This document shows, piece after piece, positions 18,848 to 29,702 of a DNA stretch of 64,000 bases. The stretch's first letter is position 1, and each line of letters starts with the position of its first letter. The DNA is taken from the NCBI GenBank assembly GCA_965263355.1, contig CBDHHL010000032.1, positions 1,952,001 to 2,016,000 of the forward strand, read 5' to 3'. The notes beneath the pieces are model-generated. The model worked only from the letters and a program-made list of their open reading frames with translations. It was not told the DNA's origin and did no database searches. Origin of the DNA: Leptolyngbyaceae cyanobacterium. Lineage in GTDB: Bacteria; Cyanobacteriota; Cyanobacteriia; Phormidesmidales; Phormidesmidaceae. The translations under genes and the position numbers were made by a program.

Positions 18848-19828
18848 GTGACTGACTTTTCTGTTGTTATTTGCACCTACAACGGTGAACATCGCCTGCC
18901 GCTATTGCTAGATCGACTAGGCGCGCAACGTATTCCCCAGGGGTTGACTTGGGAGATCCTTGTAGTCGATAACAATAGCCACGACCAAACGGCCCGGTGT
19001 ATCCGTAACTATCAGCCACATTGGCCGTCTCACAGTACATTGCGTTATACATTTGAGCCTCGTCAAGGACTCGCCTATGCCCGTCGTCGGGCCATCCAAA
19101 CCGTGACGAGTGAGCTAGTCGGCTTTCTCGATGACGATACCTTGCCAGCAGTAGACTGGGTTGCCCAAGCCTATGGATTTGGGCAAAAGCATCCTCAAGT
19201 TGGGGCCTATGGGAGTGCTATTGATGGCCATTACGAAAATCCTCCCCCAGAAGGATTTGAGCGCATTGCCAGCTGCTTAGCAGTGATTCAGCGGGGAGAG
19301 AAACCCTTTCAGTACGACTCTAAACAAGGGGTTTTACCTGCTGGAGCAGGGATGGTAATTCGACGTCAGACTTGGTACATCTGTGTACCTACAGAACCTG
19401 CACTCACAGGGGTATGTGGCACCAGCTTAAAAGCTAAGGGTGAAGATGTCGAAACCCTTAGCCATATCCGCAAGGGTGGCTGGCCCATTTGGCACAATCC
19501 CCAGATGAAACTGACTCATTTGATTCCTGCAAGCCGTCTACACCCCGCCTATTTACTCGATCTTTTTCAATCCATTGGTATTAGTCGTTACCCGCTACGC
19601 TGTGTTCGCTATCCTTGGTGGCAGCGCCCTTGGATGCTGCTTATACATGCGCTTAATGACTTCCGAAAACTGATAACTCATATCCTTACAACCAAACAGC
19701 TGTATCCGACCGACATTGTTACGGCCTGTGAACGGACATTATTGGTTCACAGCTTTATTAGCCCTATCTATGGGTTATCAGTAGGTCAGTTTTTTTTGCG
19801 AACAGATACGCGAATTTCCAGGGGATAA
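18848..19828 (+). CDS. hpsE: Hormogonium polysaccharide GT2 glycosyltransferase HpsE
   Basis: DFSVVICTYNGEHRLP.LLDRL, WEILVVDNNS, FLDDDTLPA, PAGAGMVIRR, GEDVETL. Confidence 0.8.
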   Translation: MTDFSVVICTYNGEHRLPLLLDRLGAQRIPQGLTWEILVVDNNSHDQTARCIRNYQPHWPSHSTLRYTFEPRQGLAYARRRAIQTVTSELVGFLDDDTLPAVDWVAQAYGFGQKHPQVGAYGSAIDGHYENPPPEGFERIASCLAVIQRGEKPFQYDSKQGVLPAGAGMVIRRQTWYICVPTEPALTGVCGTSLKAKGEDVETLSHIRKGGWPIWHNPQMKLTHLIPASRLHPAYLLDLFQSIGISRYPLRCVRYPWWQRPWMLLIHALNDFRKLITHILTTKQLYPTDIVTACERTLLVHSFISPIYGLSVGQFFLRTDTRISRG

Positions 19829-19925
19829 CTCCCTCGTTAAACCATATTCTCCAAAGTCCATTTAGATCGATCTTGATAGTACCTTGACATCAAATTGACT
19901 CTTAGTAAGAGAAAACGAGACTTTC

Positions 19926-21389
19926 TTACCTCGCCCCAATTTTCTCAAAAAGTAAGGATGCATCTTTGGTTTGGTGAATTGGAATTTTAATGGTAAAGGT
20001 AGTAAACTGGCCAAGTGTGGAACGACATTCTAAACTGCCACCGTGGTATTCTGTAATACTTTGATAGCTCAGTGATAAACCTAGACCAGTCCCTTGGCCA
20101 ACTGGTTTAGTGGTAAAAAAGGGTTCAAAGATACGATTCATAACCTTTTGAGAAATACCTGGCCCATTATCTGTAAAGCTAATCAGGGCATAGTCTTCAT
20201 CTACTAACTGAGTTTGAATATTAATTTGGGGTGGTCTAGTACTTAATTCATCATTTCGGTGTTGGTGCTGTTCGTAAATCTTTTCCTTTAAAGCATCTAC
20301 TGCATTTGTCAAAATATGCATAAAGACTTGATTTAAATGCCCTGGCAAACATTCAACAGGAACTTGTAAGTCATAGTTTTTTATGATTTCAATTGACTGC
20401 AGTCTAGAGCCCAATAGCAACAAGGCATGGTCGATTCCCTCATGCACATTTACTGATTTAATTTCGACTTCGTCTAGACGTGAGAAATTCCGCAAGGACA
20501 TGACAATATCACTAATGCGCTCTGCACCACTTTTTAATGACTTCAGCAGTTTGGCAAAGTCTTCTGTGATAAAGTTGAGGTCCATCTGCTCTATGGCAGC
20601 CTGAATTATTTCTGGTGGGTCAGGATAAGCCTGTTGGTAGAGCCCCACTAGCTGAAGTAGTTCGTCACAATAGTCCTGAGCGGGTTCTAGATTTCCCTGA
20701 ATAAAACTGATTGGATTGTTGAGTTCATGGCAAATGCCGGAAACGAGTTGTCCCACTCCAGCCATCTTTTCTTCTTGGATAACCCTTGTTTGAGCTTGCT
20801 TGAGTTCCATGAGCGCTATTTCTAGCTCAGCTGTTCTATCTGCTACACGATTCTCCAACTCCCTATTGTAGGCTCGCATATTCTCAGCTTCATGGCGTTT
20901 TAGAAGATTGGCATAGGCAGTTGAATGATATTTTAATCGTGCAATAAATTCAATTGGATCAGGTACCTTGACTAAATAATCATTCGCGCCAGTAGCAAAG
21001 GCTTCTGCCTTAACAACGGGTTCATCTCGGGTAGATAATACAATAACTGGAATAGTACTGGTGGTTGGATTAGCTCGAAAAAATTTCAACAGCATTAAGC
21101 CATCAGCATCAGGCATTACTAAATCTTGTAAAATTACTGTCGGCTGAATCTGAGTCGCCATGGGGATGGCTGTTTGAGCATTGTCACAGTAATAGAGTTG
21201 GATATCAGGTTCACTGGCAAGTAAACGTCGAATCGACTCAGCTACAATTGGTTGATCGTCAATCAGTAATACTCTAACGACTGTCTTATCATCTGCGGTT
21301 GATAACTGTTCAATGAACGATGATGTTTCTTGCATTGAACTATCTACTGTAGTAGTAGCGTTATCAAGAGATAAATATGAAGCTGTCAT
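19926..21389 (-). CDS. REC-histidine kinase hybrid in the WspR position
   Basis: WspR-like receiver (QPTVILQDLVMPDADG, GANDYLVK.PD.IE) followed by ICHELNNP and GTGLGL. Confidence 0.88.
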   Translation of the reverse strand: MTASYLSLDNATTTVDSSMQETSSFIEQLSTADDKTVVRVLLIDDQPIVAESIRRLLASEPDIQLYYCDNAQTAIPMATQIQPTVILQDLVMPDADGLMLLKFFRANPTTSTIPVIVLSTRDEPVVKAEAFATGANDYLVKVPDPIEFIARLKYHSTAYANLLKRHEAENMRAYNRELENRVADRTAELEIALMELKQAQTRVIQEEKMAGVGQLVSGICHELNNPISFIQGNLEPAQDYCDELLQLVGLYQQAYPDPPEIIQAAIEQMDLNFITEDFAKLLKSLKSGAERISDIVMSLRNFSRLDEVEIKSVNVHEGIDHALLLLGSRLQSIEIIKNYDLQVPVECLPGHLNQVFMHILTNAVDALKEKIYEQHQHRNDELSTRPPQINIQTQLVDEDYALISFTDNGPGISQKVMNRIFEPFFTTKPVGQGTGLGLSLSYQSITEYHGGSLECRSTLGQFTTFTIKIPIHQTKDASLLFEKIGAR

Positions 21390-21608
21390 AATTCAAAAAG
21401 CTAAGAAACAAATTTACTAAATAAGTAATGAATATTGCACCACAACATTATTATTTTCCCATGGGTATAAGTACATTTCTAGAGCAAACCTACGGGGATA
21501 CAAGCAGTTTGAGGTATCTGTTCTAGAAATTAAAACTAAGTTATTCAATCAATTGTCTTAAATAAATTAAGCGCTATGCTTGATGGCACTGCGTGACTAT
21601 AACTACAG

Positions 21609-22631
21609 TCAAGTTATGGTTTCCGTAAAATGTACAATCATCTGATTAAGCGTCAGAATTTGTTTCGCAGCTCTTTGCTCGATGGCGGCTTTGGGCATAC
21701 CAAATACAACACAGCTAGCTTCACTTTCAGCAATGGTATGCCACTTGGCTAAGCGCAGTTGCCCTAGACCCAGTGCGCCATCTTTACCCATACCGGTTAG
21801 GAGAGCAGCAATGCCAGGTTGTTCCCAATAGTTAGCGATACTGTGAAAAAACACATCCACAGACGGATGATGGGGATAGTTAACAGGGTCTTGAGTATAG
21901 CGAAGAGTATGGTTGGGACGCATTACCAGGTGTTGATTACCACCAGCCAACAATACTTGACCCATTTTGGGGTAGTCGCCATTACGGACTTGAACCACTG
22001 GTAGTTTTGAGGATTGATTTAACCAGCGCACAAGACCCGCAGCAAATTTTTCATCAATGTGTTGAACCACAATAATGGCAGCATTAAAGTTGCTAGGCAG
22101 CTGGCTGAGAATAGTCTGTAACGCTCCAGGTCCCCCAGTAGAGGTCCCAATGACGATCAGTTTTGGAAGTTGATCTTTGAGGGTTGATCTTTGAGGGGGT
22201 TGGGAGGGGGGATTTTTGCGAATCTTATGTGGGGCGTATGTGGTGTGCTTGGTCAGAATTGTTATTTTTCTGAGCAAAATGTTTACCGCTTCAGGGTTAT
22301 CTGTGCCCAGACGCGGCGTTTTGACTACATCAAGGGCTCCATACCTCATGGCCTCAAATACCATGGCTGAATGCTTGGCAATGCTAGCTGTGACAATCAA
22401 AATAACACAGGGGGAATGCTGCATAATTTGACGGGTAGCTTCTACACCATTGAGGTTAGGCATGTGCATATCCATCAGGAGCAAGTCCGGAGTTTGTTGT
22501 GCACAGTATCTGATGGCCTCAGTTCCCGTCTGCGCGACCCATAAAAGTTTGTAATCTTGTGTGGTTAAAAGGGCACGTCGCAGGGCTTCGATTGCGATCG
22601 CACTGTCATTGGCAATAGCAATTTTAAGCAT
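21609..22631 (-). CDS. cheB: Chemotaxis methylesterase CheB (WspF-like)
   Basis: MLKIAIAND REC; IGTSTGGP, VQHID, LLTGMGKDG. Confidence 0.93.
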   Translation of the reverse strand: MLKIAIANDSAIAIEALRRALLTTQDYKLLWVAQTGTEAIRYCAQQTPDLLLMDMHMPNLNGVEATRQIMQHSPCVILIVTASIAKHSAMVFEAMRYGALDVVKTPRLGTDNPEAVNILLRKITILTKHTTYAPHKIRKNPPSQPPQRSTLKDQLPKLIVIGTSTGGPGALQTILSQLPSNFNAAIIVVQHIDEKFAAGLVRWLNQSSKLPVVQVRNGDYPKMGQVLLAGGNQHLVMRPNHTLRYTQDPVNYPHHPSVDVFFHSIANYWEQPGIAALLTGMGKDGALGLGQLRLAKWHTIAESEASCVVFGMPKAAIEQRAAKQILTLNQMIVHFTETIT

Positions 22632-25106
22632 TTAATCCCCAATCAAATCAGTAACAGCTGTCAGTAAACTATTGTCATGAAAGCTACTTTTGGTTAGATA
22701 GTAGTCTGCACCTGCCTGAAGTCCGGCCAACTGATCCTCTTGACGGTCCTTATAGGAAACAATAATTATGGGTAGCTGGTTAAGTTGGGGATGTTCTTTG
22801 ATCTGTTGTACTAACTCAATTCCATTCATACGAGGCATATCGATATCAGAAATAACCAGATCATACTGGCCACTGCGTACCGTATTCCAACCTTCCATTC
22901 CGTTAACGGCAACATCGACCTGATAACCGGAATTTTGTAAAAGTTTGCGCTCCATTTCTCGCACAGTAATCGAGTCGTCGACCACTAATATTCGCTTTTG
23001 CCGGGTAGGTACATTTCCGGTTGCCTGATGGGTGCTCAAGGATAGTTTGCCACCAGACACTAGCTGTTCAATAGAACAAACTAAATCAGCCACATCAATG
23101 ACTAATAAGGGGGCTCCTTGATCTGTCAGTGCAGCCGCACTAATATCTTGCACTTTGCCTAAGCGTGAATCTAAGGGCCGCACGACTAAATCGCGTTCAC
23201 TCAAAAATTTATCAACAATAATTCCATAGCGATGGGTTTGGTTACTGAGAATCACGACAGGCAATAGATCAGATTGTTCTCCGTCGGTTTCAGGCAGTTC
23301 CAGCACTTGGCGTCCACTGACCAAACTAATGTTCTCACCATCAACCACAATGTAGGGTCGATTTTCGCTAATAGCTACCTCTTCTAGATTGACCATCAAC
23401 ACCCGATCAATACGATTGAGACCGAATGCATAGGGCTCACCTGAAATCTCCACTAATAGGGCTCGAATAACTGATAGAGTGAGGGGTAATTGGAAATGAA
23501 AGGAGAGCCCATGGCCAGGATCGGACTGGGCCTTTAAAAGTCCTCCTACCTCTTGTACCATCGTGTGGGCAATATCTAACCCCACCCCTCTTCCAGCAAT
23601 TTCCGTAACTTTCTGTGCCGTAGAAAAGCCAGGTAAAAACAAAAATTCCATCAGTTCTGACTCACTGAGTTGAGTTGCCATTTCAGCTGTGGTCAATTGC
23701 TTTTTAACTATTTGCTGGCGTAGATTGTCTAAGTCGATGCCACGGCCATCATCACTGACTGTAATGCAAAGCATCCCTGCTCGATGACTGGCCTCTAATC
23801 GAATCGTACCGGTTTCAGGTTTATTCAACTGCCGCCGCTGCTCCGGAGATTCTATGCCATGGGCAATTGCGTTACGCAACATGTGGTTTAACGGTGATTC
23901 TAACTTTTCGAGAATATCTCGATCAACTGGCGTTTTTTGACCAACGATCTCCAAATGAACTTGCTTGCCCAGATGTTTAGCCAGATCTCTCACCATTCTT
24001 GGAAATCCATGCACCCCATCAACAAAGGGACACATGTGGCTAGCGATCACCTCATGATATAAGTTGTCCGATAGTTGAGAAAATCGTCTGGAAAATTGGT
24101 CTAAATCCTCCAGACGCTCACTTAAAAGGGCATGGCAGTCTTGAGCTGTTTTCTGAGCCTCAACTAAGTGATATTGATGGGATAGTGCTAGATTTGGCTC
24201 ATGTTGCAATTTAGTCAGCAAACGAGATAAAGTCTGTTGCTGACGCTTTAGGTGTAACATCGCGTCGGCAAATGGCTGAAACCAATTCACCTCCACTAAA
24301 GATTCCCCAGCCAATGCCATCAGCCGGTTTAGATTATCTACGCTCACCCGTACTACCCGCTCGGTAATAATTGTGTGAGTGTCACTAGTACTCACACAAT
24401 TATCGACATGGGTTACTGAATTGCCAGCAGTTTGACTGACAAAACTCTCGTCATTTTTGGGCTCTCCATCAAACTCATCGATAACAATCGCTGCTGGGTA
24501 TGTACCATTTGTGATAGGCTTGTCATTGACAACACCAACATTATTGGGTATGTCTTGTGGTGATTCTGAGGCGATCTCTGGCGATGATTCTACATTAGCG
24601 GGCAAATCCGGACTTAGGACTGGAGTGGATGACGTCGATAGCGGTTGTTGAGGTGACTCTAATCGTGGTCCAGCAGCAGACGTTGAAAGTGCGATAATAT
24701 TATCAACTAACTGAGTTGTTGTCTCTGTTTGCTGTTTCAACCATTGCTCCAGATTAGAATCTTGTATTTGCCTTAGCTGATCGTACCAATCCACACCCGC
24801 CAATAATATGTCAATACTCTCGGTGTCGAGGAGGATTTTACCTGTTTGAGCCGCTACAAAGCAGTCTTCCATGGCATGGGCAACCTTGACGGCAAAATCT
24901 AATCCCACAATCCGAGCTGCACCTTTAACGGAATGGGCTGCCCGCATCAGCGTTTCTAATTTGGAAGTAACAATATTAGGATCAACTGCCGATTGAGACT
25001 CCACCGCCAATAAGTTGTCATTTAGCAGAGTGACCTGCGTCTCAACCTCCATGCGAAAAATATCAAGCATAGAGAAATTGCTAAAATCTTGAGGCGTATA
25101 GGTCAT
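22632..25106 (-). CDS. cheA: CheA-REC hybrid kinase (WspE-like)
   Basis: LMRAAHSVKGAARIVG Hpt, HMLRNAIAHGIE, GRGVGLD, CheW domain, C-terminal REC. Confidence 0.93.
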   Translation of the reverse strand: MTYTPQDFSNFSMLDIFRMEVETQVTLLNDNLLAVESQSAVDPNIVTSKLETLMRAAHSVKGAARIVGLDFAVKVAHAMEDCFVAAQTGKILLDTESIDILLAGVDWYDQLRQIQDSNLEQWLKQQTETTTQLVDNIIALSTSAAGPRLESPQQPLSTSSTPVLSPDLPANVESSPEIASESPQDIPNNVGVVNDKPITNGTYPAAIVIDEFDGEPKNDESFVSQTAGNSVTHVDNCVSTSDTHTIITERVVRVSVDNLNRLMALAGESLVEVNWFQPFADAMLHLKRQQQTLSRLLTKLQHEPNLALSHQYHLVEAQKTAQDCHALLSERLEDLDQFSRRFSQLSDNLYHEVIASHMCPFVDGVHGFPRMVRDLAKHLGKQVHLEIVGQKTPVDRDILEKLESPLNHMLRNAIAHGIESPEQRRQLNKPETGTIRLEASHRAGMLCITVSDDGRGIDLDNLRQQIVKKQLTTAEMATQLSESELMEFLFLPGFSTAQKVTEIAGRGVGLDIAHTMVQEVGGLLKAQSDPGHGLSFHFQLPLTLSVIRALLVEISGEPYAFGLNRIDRVLMVNLEEVAISENRPYIVVDGENISLVSGRQVLELPETDGEQSDLLPVVILSNQTHRYGIIVDKFLSERDLVVRPLDSRLGKVQDISAAALTDQGAPLLVIDVADLVCSIEQLVSGGKLSLSTHQATGNVPTRQKRILVVDDSITVREMERKLLQNSGYQVDVAVNGMEGWNTVRSGQYDLVISDIDMPRMNGIELVQQIKEHPQLNQLPIIIVSYKDRQEDQLAGLQAGADYYLTKSSFHDNSLLTAVTDLIGD

Positions 25107-25786
25107 AGTGCTCCTTGTTGAAGTGCGTCAAATAAACGCCCCTCATCTAGATAGCTAACGTTCTCATCTTGCCAAGCCACAATTGCTTGAGTAAATCGTC
25201 CTAAGGTATTTCTGCCCAGCGAAGGGGCATTGCGCAAACCCTCGGAATCGCAACGATATAAACCATATAGTTTATCTACTTCAAATGCCCAAACATTTTG
25301 TCTTTTTTCAATTACAAGTAAATAGGCATCATTCTTGATATCATCGGTCGACCGTAGAGTTGTCAATCGAATAGGCGTAATCCCTAGCAGTTCATAGAGT
25401 GACACACACAATAGTAGCTGCCCTTGCACATTGACAATTCCTTGTAGTAGTTGATTGCTGCGGTGAGGGATAGAATGAATTGGTCTAGGAGGGAGTACCT
25501 GTTTGACTACATCGGTGGGCAATGCCAGCCATTCATGTCCTAAACGGAAAATGTTCATTGATAACGTCTTTTGCTGGCTGACCTGCTGTTGATTTCGGTC
25601 CTGGGTCAGTAATGTGGTCCATTCAATAACATAGTCTCCTGGTATGGGGCGCTCTAACAAACCTCGACCAGCTTGACGATATACTGAACAATTTTGGCAA
25701 TGCACCACTGTCTTCAAAGTTGGACAACTATGATCGCCGGAAACACCAACTTGATTCCAACAGGTCTGTTGTTGCATAAAAAACAA
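25103..25786 (-). CDS. cheW: CheW (WspD-like, Cys-rich N-terminus)
   Basis: CWNQVGVSGDHSCPTL..VHCQNCSVY; HSIPHRS..LQGIVNVQG. Confidence 0.9.
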   Translation of the reverse strand: MFFMQQQTCWNQVGVSGDHSCPTLKTVVHCQNCSVYRQAGRGLLERPIPGDYVIEWTTLLTQDRNQQQVSQQKTLSMNIFRLGHEWLALPTDVVKQVLPPRPIHSIPHRSNQLLQGIVNVQGQLLLCVSLYELLGITPIRLTTLRSTDDIKNDAYLLVIEKRQNVWAFEVDKLYGLYRCDSEGLRNAPSLGRNTLGRFTQAIVAWQDENVSYLDEGRLFDALQQGAL

Positions 25787-25788
25787 CC

Positions 25789-27432
25789 TTAAGTGTTTAC
25801 CTTAAACCGGGATATTTCTTGTTGCAAGGATTGCACTACTTGGTTAAGTAATACAATTGCTTGATTGCTTTCTTGCATCGCATCAATGGTTTGCTGAGAC
25901 GTATCATTTAGCTGTTCCATCGCTTCACGAATTTGTCTTGCACCTTGGGATTGGGCATCCATTCCTTGACTAACGGTATCAAATTGAGGGGTCAACATTT
26001 GAATCTGTTCGATAACGGTACCTACTTGCTGACTAATTGTTTTAATCTCATGAACTCCCTGATCGATATCCTGCTTGAACTTATCCATTTCCATTACACC
26101 AGTGGAAACAGACGATTGCATATCTTGCACCATGGTCTCAATTTCTAGGGTAGCGACTGCTGTTTGATCCGCTAGACGCCGAATTTCACGGGCAACGACT
26201 GAAAAGCCAGAACCATATTCGCCTGCTTTTTCTGCTTCGATGGCAGCATTTAATGACAGTAGATTGGTTTGGTCAGCTACTTTTGTAATAGTAGTCACCA
26301 CAGTATTAATATTGTTAGCCTTTTCGTTAATTAGACCCAATTTTGTGGCGATCCCATTGGTGGCCTGGGAAAGCTGACGAATGGTAGTTTCCATCTGCAT
26401 CAGGTTTTGTTGGCCATCATTGGCAATGGTAGCGGTGCTAGTAGCTACATTGGCAAGCTCATCCATACCCTGGGCAAGCTCCTCAGAGGTGGTTGCGATT
26501 TCTTTAGCTGTTGCAGTGATTTGATTAGTGGCGGCAGCCTGCTCAGTCATAGTGCTTTCAAGCTGACGACTGGATGCTGCAATCTGGGTGGCAGAGCTGG
26601 TCACCTGAATACCTGATTTACTCACTTGAGATACCAAATCATTTAAGCTCTGGGTCATATTCTTAATAGATTTGAGTACTCGACCCACGGCATCTGCGGA
26701 TGTGGATTCAACTGATTGAGTAAGGTCCCCTTGGGCTATATTTTCTGCGGCTAATACTGCTTGACTTAAAGACTGTTGAATTACCTGATTAGTTGCCCAT
26801 AACACTAAGATACATACGGTAATAACTAAGAATGTACTTCCCCACGTAATACTAGTATCCAAAATTTGAGCCTGCTGAGCAGCCTTTTGTCGAGCTACTA
26901 GAATCTCGTCTTCTGCAACCTCCATTTCGATGACAGCGGCTTTGACCTCAGCAGCCAGTTGTCTTCCCTGCTCAGAGTTAAGCTTTATTTTTACAGCGTT
27001 GTTATCTCCAGATTTTGCCAGTGCAATGGTCTCACTCAGGTCAGTGATCCGCTCCTGAACCAGCTGCTTCAGCTGGGTAATTCTCTCTATTTGTGCCTCA
27101 TCGGCAATCAGGTTTTCCACATGATTAATATCCTCAGTAATTTTACTGACAGCAGAGGTATAGGGTTCTAAAAAGACTTCTTTTTGGGTGTATAGAAACC
27201 CTCGCTGACCACTTTCTGCTTCTATTAAGTCTTTTTCAATCTTGAGTAAATCAGATTGAATCTGGTAGGCTAAGGTAACTGCGTCATTGGCTTTTGATTT
27301 TCGGTGGTGACTCCATTGGGAAAAGAGATTGCTTAGAAAAATTAATATACAAATTGTTCCAAACCCTAATCCTAAGGTTTGGCCAATTGTAAATGTGTTT
27401 TTCTGTCTTGACGAATTTTGGGAAGATATCAT
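25789..27432 (-). CDS. Methyl-accepting chemotaxis protein, CHASE3-HAMP (WspA-like)
   Basis: EAESGQRGFLYT CHASE3; ITKVADQTNLLSLNAAIEAEKAGEYG. Confidence 0.92.
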   Translation of the reverse strand: MISSQNSSRQKNTFTIGQTLGLGFGTICILIFLSNLFSQWSHHRKSKANDAVTLAYQIQSDLLKIEKDLIEAESGQRGFLYTQKEVFLEPYTSAVSKITEDINHVENLIADEAQIERITQLKQLVQERITDLSETIALAKSGDNNAVKIKLNSEQGRQLAAEVKAAVIEMEVAEDEILVARQKAAQQAQILDTSITWGSTFLVITVCILVLWATNQVIQQSLSQAVLAAENIAQGDLTQSVESTSADAVGRVLKSIKNMTQSLNDLVSQVSKSGIQVTSSATQIAASSRQLESTMTEQAAATNQITATAKEIATTSEELAQGMDELANVATSTATIANDGQQNLMQMETTIRQLSQATNGIATKLGLINEKANNINTVVTTITKVADQTNLLSLNAAIEAEKAGEYGSGFSVVAREIRRLADQTAVATLEIETMVQDMQSSVSTGVMEMDKFKQDIDQGVHEIKTISQQVGTVIEQIQMLTPQFDTVSQGMDAQSQGARQIREAMEQLNDTSQQTIDAMQESNQAIVLLNQVVQSLQQEISRFKVNT

Positions 27433-27734
27433 CTGCCAACTCGATATATGACACTACTGAGCCGTCACTATAGCTTTATGTCCATGGCTCACGTCATCAA
27501 TGATCCCTAGAACCCTGAAATAACAAACGCTAGGTGACACGATCTGCTAAAGACATTCAGTCGACTACCATAAGCTTGCTATAAAAGCTAATTCCAGTTC
27601 AATCAAATCGCTACATATTGAAAATACCCGTTCTTTGAGAAAACTATGCGTTATTGATGACTACTATTGCGTTACCTCTTTTAGATCGAGCAATCTGGCA
27701 TATCAATAGCTGACATACGGTGAACCACGTTGTC

Positions 27735-29024
27735 TTAATTATCGTGAGTTAGTCGGTGAATTCGCTGACGTAGTCGTTGGGCTGTTTGGAGATCAGCTTT
27801 TTGTTCGCAGAGTAAAAGACGATAGGTCAGGGCTTCAATACAGTTAGGTCGTAGATAAAGCACTCGCTGGAAAGCCATGTCCGCCCGTTCGTCACTGCCC
27901 TGGGCGTGATAAATTTCTCCTAGGAGTAGATAGGCCTCTGCACTCATAGGGTGAGCTTTGAGATAGGCATCGCATTGTTCTAATGCGGTGGCTAATTCAC
28001 CACCGTCAGCTAGTTTTCGGATCGTGGCTAAATCTTCTAATGGTGTTTTTGGTGGTGACTGTTTGTTGGGTGTATTTTGATGATGGGCTGTATTGATGGT
28101 TTGAATTAATTTTCCTATTGCAGGTGAGGGGCCTTGAGAAGGCACTAATAAGGATTTTCCAGCTTTAGGCAACTGGGAGAACTTGCGATAGACGAAGGCT
28201 TGGGGAACGCAAAGTGATGTGAATTTCTGTTGATTAATTTGACCAGTTTCTGCATAACCAACAAATAGTAAGCCATTTGGAGCTAATAAGCGGTAAAGGT
28301 GATGTAGGGCTCGCTGACGGGCAGATTGATGGAAGTAAATTAGTAAATTTCGACAAAAGATAATGTCGTAGTTCGTATGCTCAGGTAAACATATCGAATC
28401 TGATAGATTACCTGGATAGAATTTGACGTGGGCTCGCACCCAGGTATTCATCTGATAGCGGTTTTGATCAACTAGGGTAAAGTATTTATCTAGATAATAT
28501 TGTGGTGAAAACGATACAGTATTTCGAAATGAATACTGCTGATAAATGCCCTGACGGGCAAATGATAACGCTTTCTGACTAATATCAACGCCATCAACTT
28601 GAAATTGACCGTGGGACAAACCTGCTTCTGACAGCGTCATGGCAATAGAATAGGGCTCCTCCCCGCTAGCGCAGGGTAGGCTCAGCACACGTAAAGGCTT
28701 ATGTGCAAACGTTGCTTTTGGTAAGCTCAGAACATATTGGCTTAAATACTCAAATGATTCAGGGTTACGGAAAAAATTTGTTTCAGGCACAACCACCGCA
28801 TCTATGAGCTTTTCTAAAGCCACTTTGGAGGTTTTAAGATGTTGTAGATAGGCTCTGTCGTGCGTCAGTCCTGATTGTTTAATGGATTGAGTAATAGCCC
28901 TGTCGATGGCTGAATCACCCACAGACTGAATATTGAGCCCTATATGCTGACTCAATAGTGCCATAATCTCTTGGCGGGGTGCTAGAAAATACTTAGCTGG
29001 AGACGAGTTCCGTTGTGGCATCAC
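27735..29024 (-). CDS. cheR: CheR methyltransferase with TPR (WspC-like)
   Basis: VVVPETNFFR, SLPCASGEEPYSIAM, IFCRNLLIYF, C-terminal TPR. Confidence 0.92.
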   Translation of the reverse strand: MMPQRNSSPAKYFLAPRQEIMALLSQHIGLNIQSVGDSAIDRAITQSIKQSGLTHDRAYLQHLKTSKVALEKLIDAVVVPETNFFRNPESFEYLSQYVLSLPKATFAHKPLRVLSLPCASGEEPYSIAMTLSEAGLSHGQFQVDGVDISQKALSFARQGIYQQYSFRNTVSFSPQYYLDKYFTLVDQNRYQMNTWVRAHVKFYPGNLSDSICLPEHTNYDIIFCRNLLIYFHQSARQRALHHLYRLLAPNGLLFVGYAETGQINQQKFTSLCVPQAFVYRKFSQLPKAGKSLLVPSQGPSPAIGKLIQTINTAHHQNTPNKQSPPKTPLEDLATIRKLADGGELATALEQCDAYLKAHPMSAEAYLLLGEIYHAQGSDERADMAFQRVLYLRPNCIEALTYRLLLCEQKADLQTAQRLRQRIHRLTHDN

Positions 29025-29481
29025 TTGTCTCCATGGGTTTTAAAGCTTGGTTGTAGCTATTGCTAGCTAATAGTTCTTTTAAGCACAAGCATTGAATGAC
29101 GTCTTCACCGTAAAGTAATTTTTCTCCCAAATATGCTGCTTGAGATAGGCAAACACCCTCTTCAATCGGTGTGGTTTGATCCCGTCTTAGGGTATCTGTC
29201 ACCTGCTCGACCATTAAGCCTAAAAGCTTTTTAGCATCATTGGCCAAGTCTACTAATACAATACGGGTGCTTAAAACCGCTCGACTTTCTATTCCTCCTA
29301 GAAGTTGACTTAGATCGAGAACGGGCACAATCTGCCCTTGATAGTTAAATTGTCCAACAATATTGGGTGGTGGTTGCTGAATTTCACTCAGATTAACTCT
29401 GGGAATAACCTCTAAAACTGATACTGCTTTTATGGCATATCGCTCTTTGCGAACCCGAAACAGTAGTAATAGATTAGCCAT
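28993..29481 (-). CDS. cheW: CheW (WspB-like)
   Basis: LLLFRV..RYAI...VLEVIP, GQFNYQGQIVPVLDL, STRIVLV. Confidence 0.9.
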   Translation of the reverse strand: MANLLLLFRVRKERYAIKAVSVLEVIPRVNLSEIQQPPPNIVGQFNYQGQIVPVLDLSQLLGGIESRAVLSTRIVLVDLANDAKKLLGLMVEQVTDTLRRDQTTPIEEGVCLSQAAYLGEKLLYGEDVIQCLCLKELLASNSYNQALKPMETSDATTELVSS

Positions 29482-29702
29482 AGATTAAAACACGACCAAT
29501 ACAGATATTATCCTTAATTAAGGATACCCACACTTGTAATCAAGGTATTTGTGATAACAGGTTTAAACTTGGACATATTTGCATAAACTAGAATCTTACT
29601 GACTTTAAATACATCTGCTGTATGTAAAAAGTTAAGTGGGTAGTCTAACTAGCTGGGTATTCTAATCATTGAGAGGGTAGATATAAGTTCTATACAGTAG
29701 CT

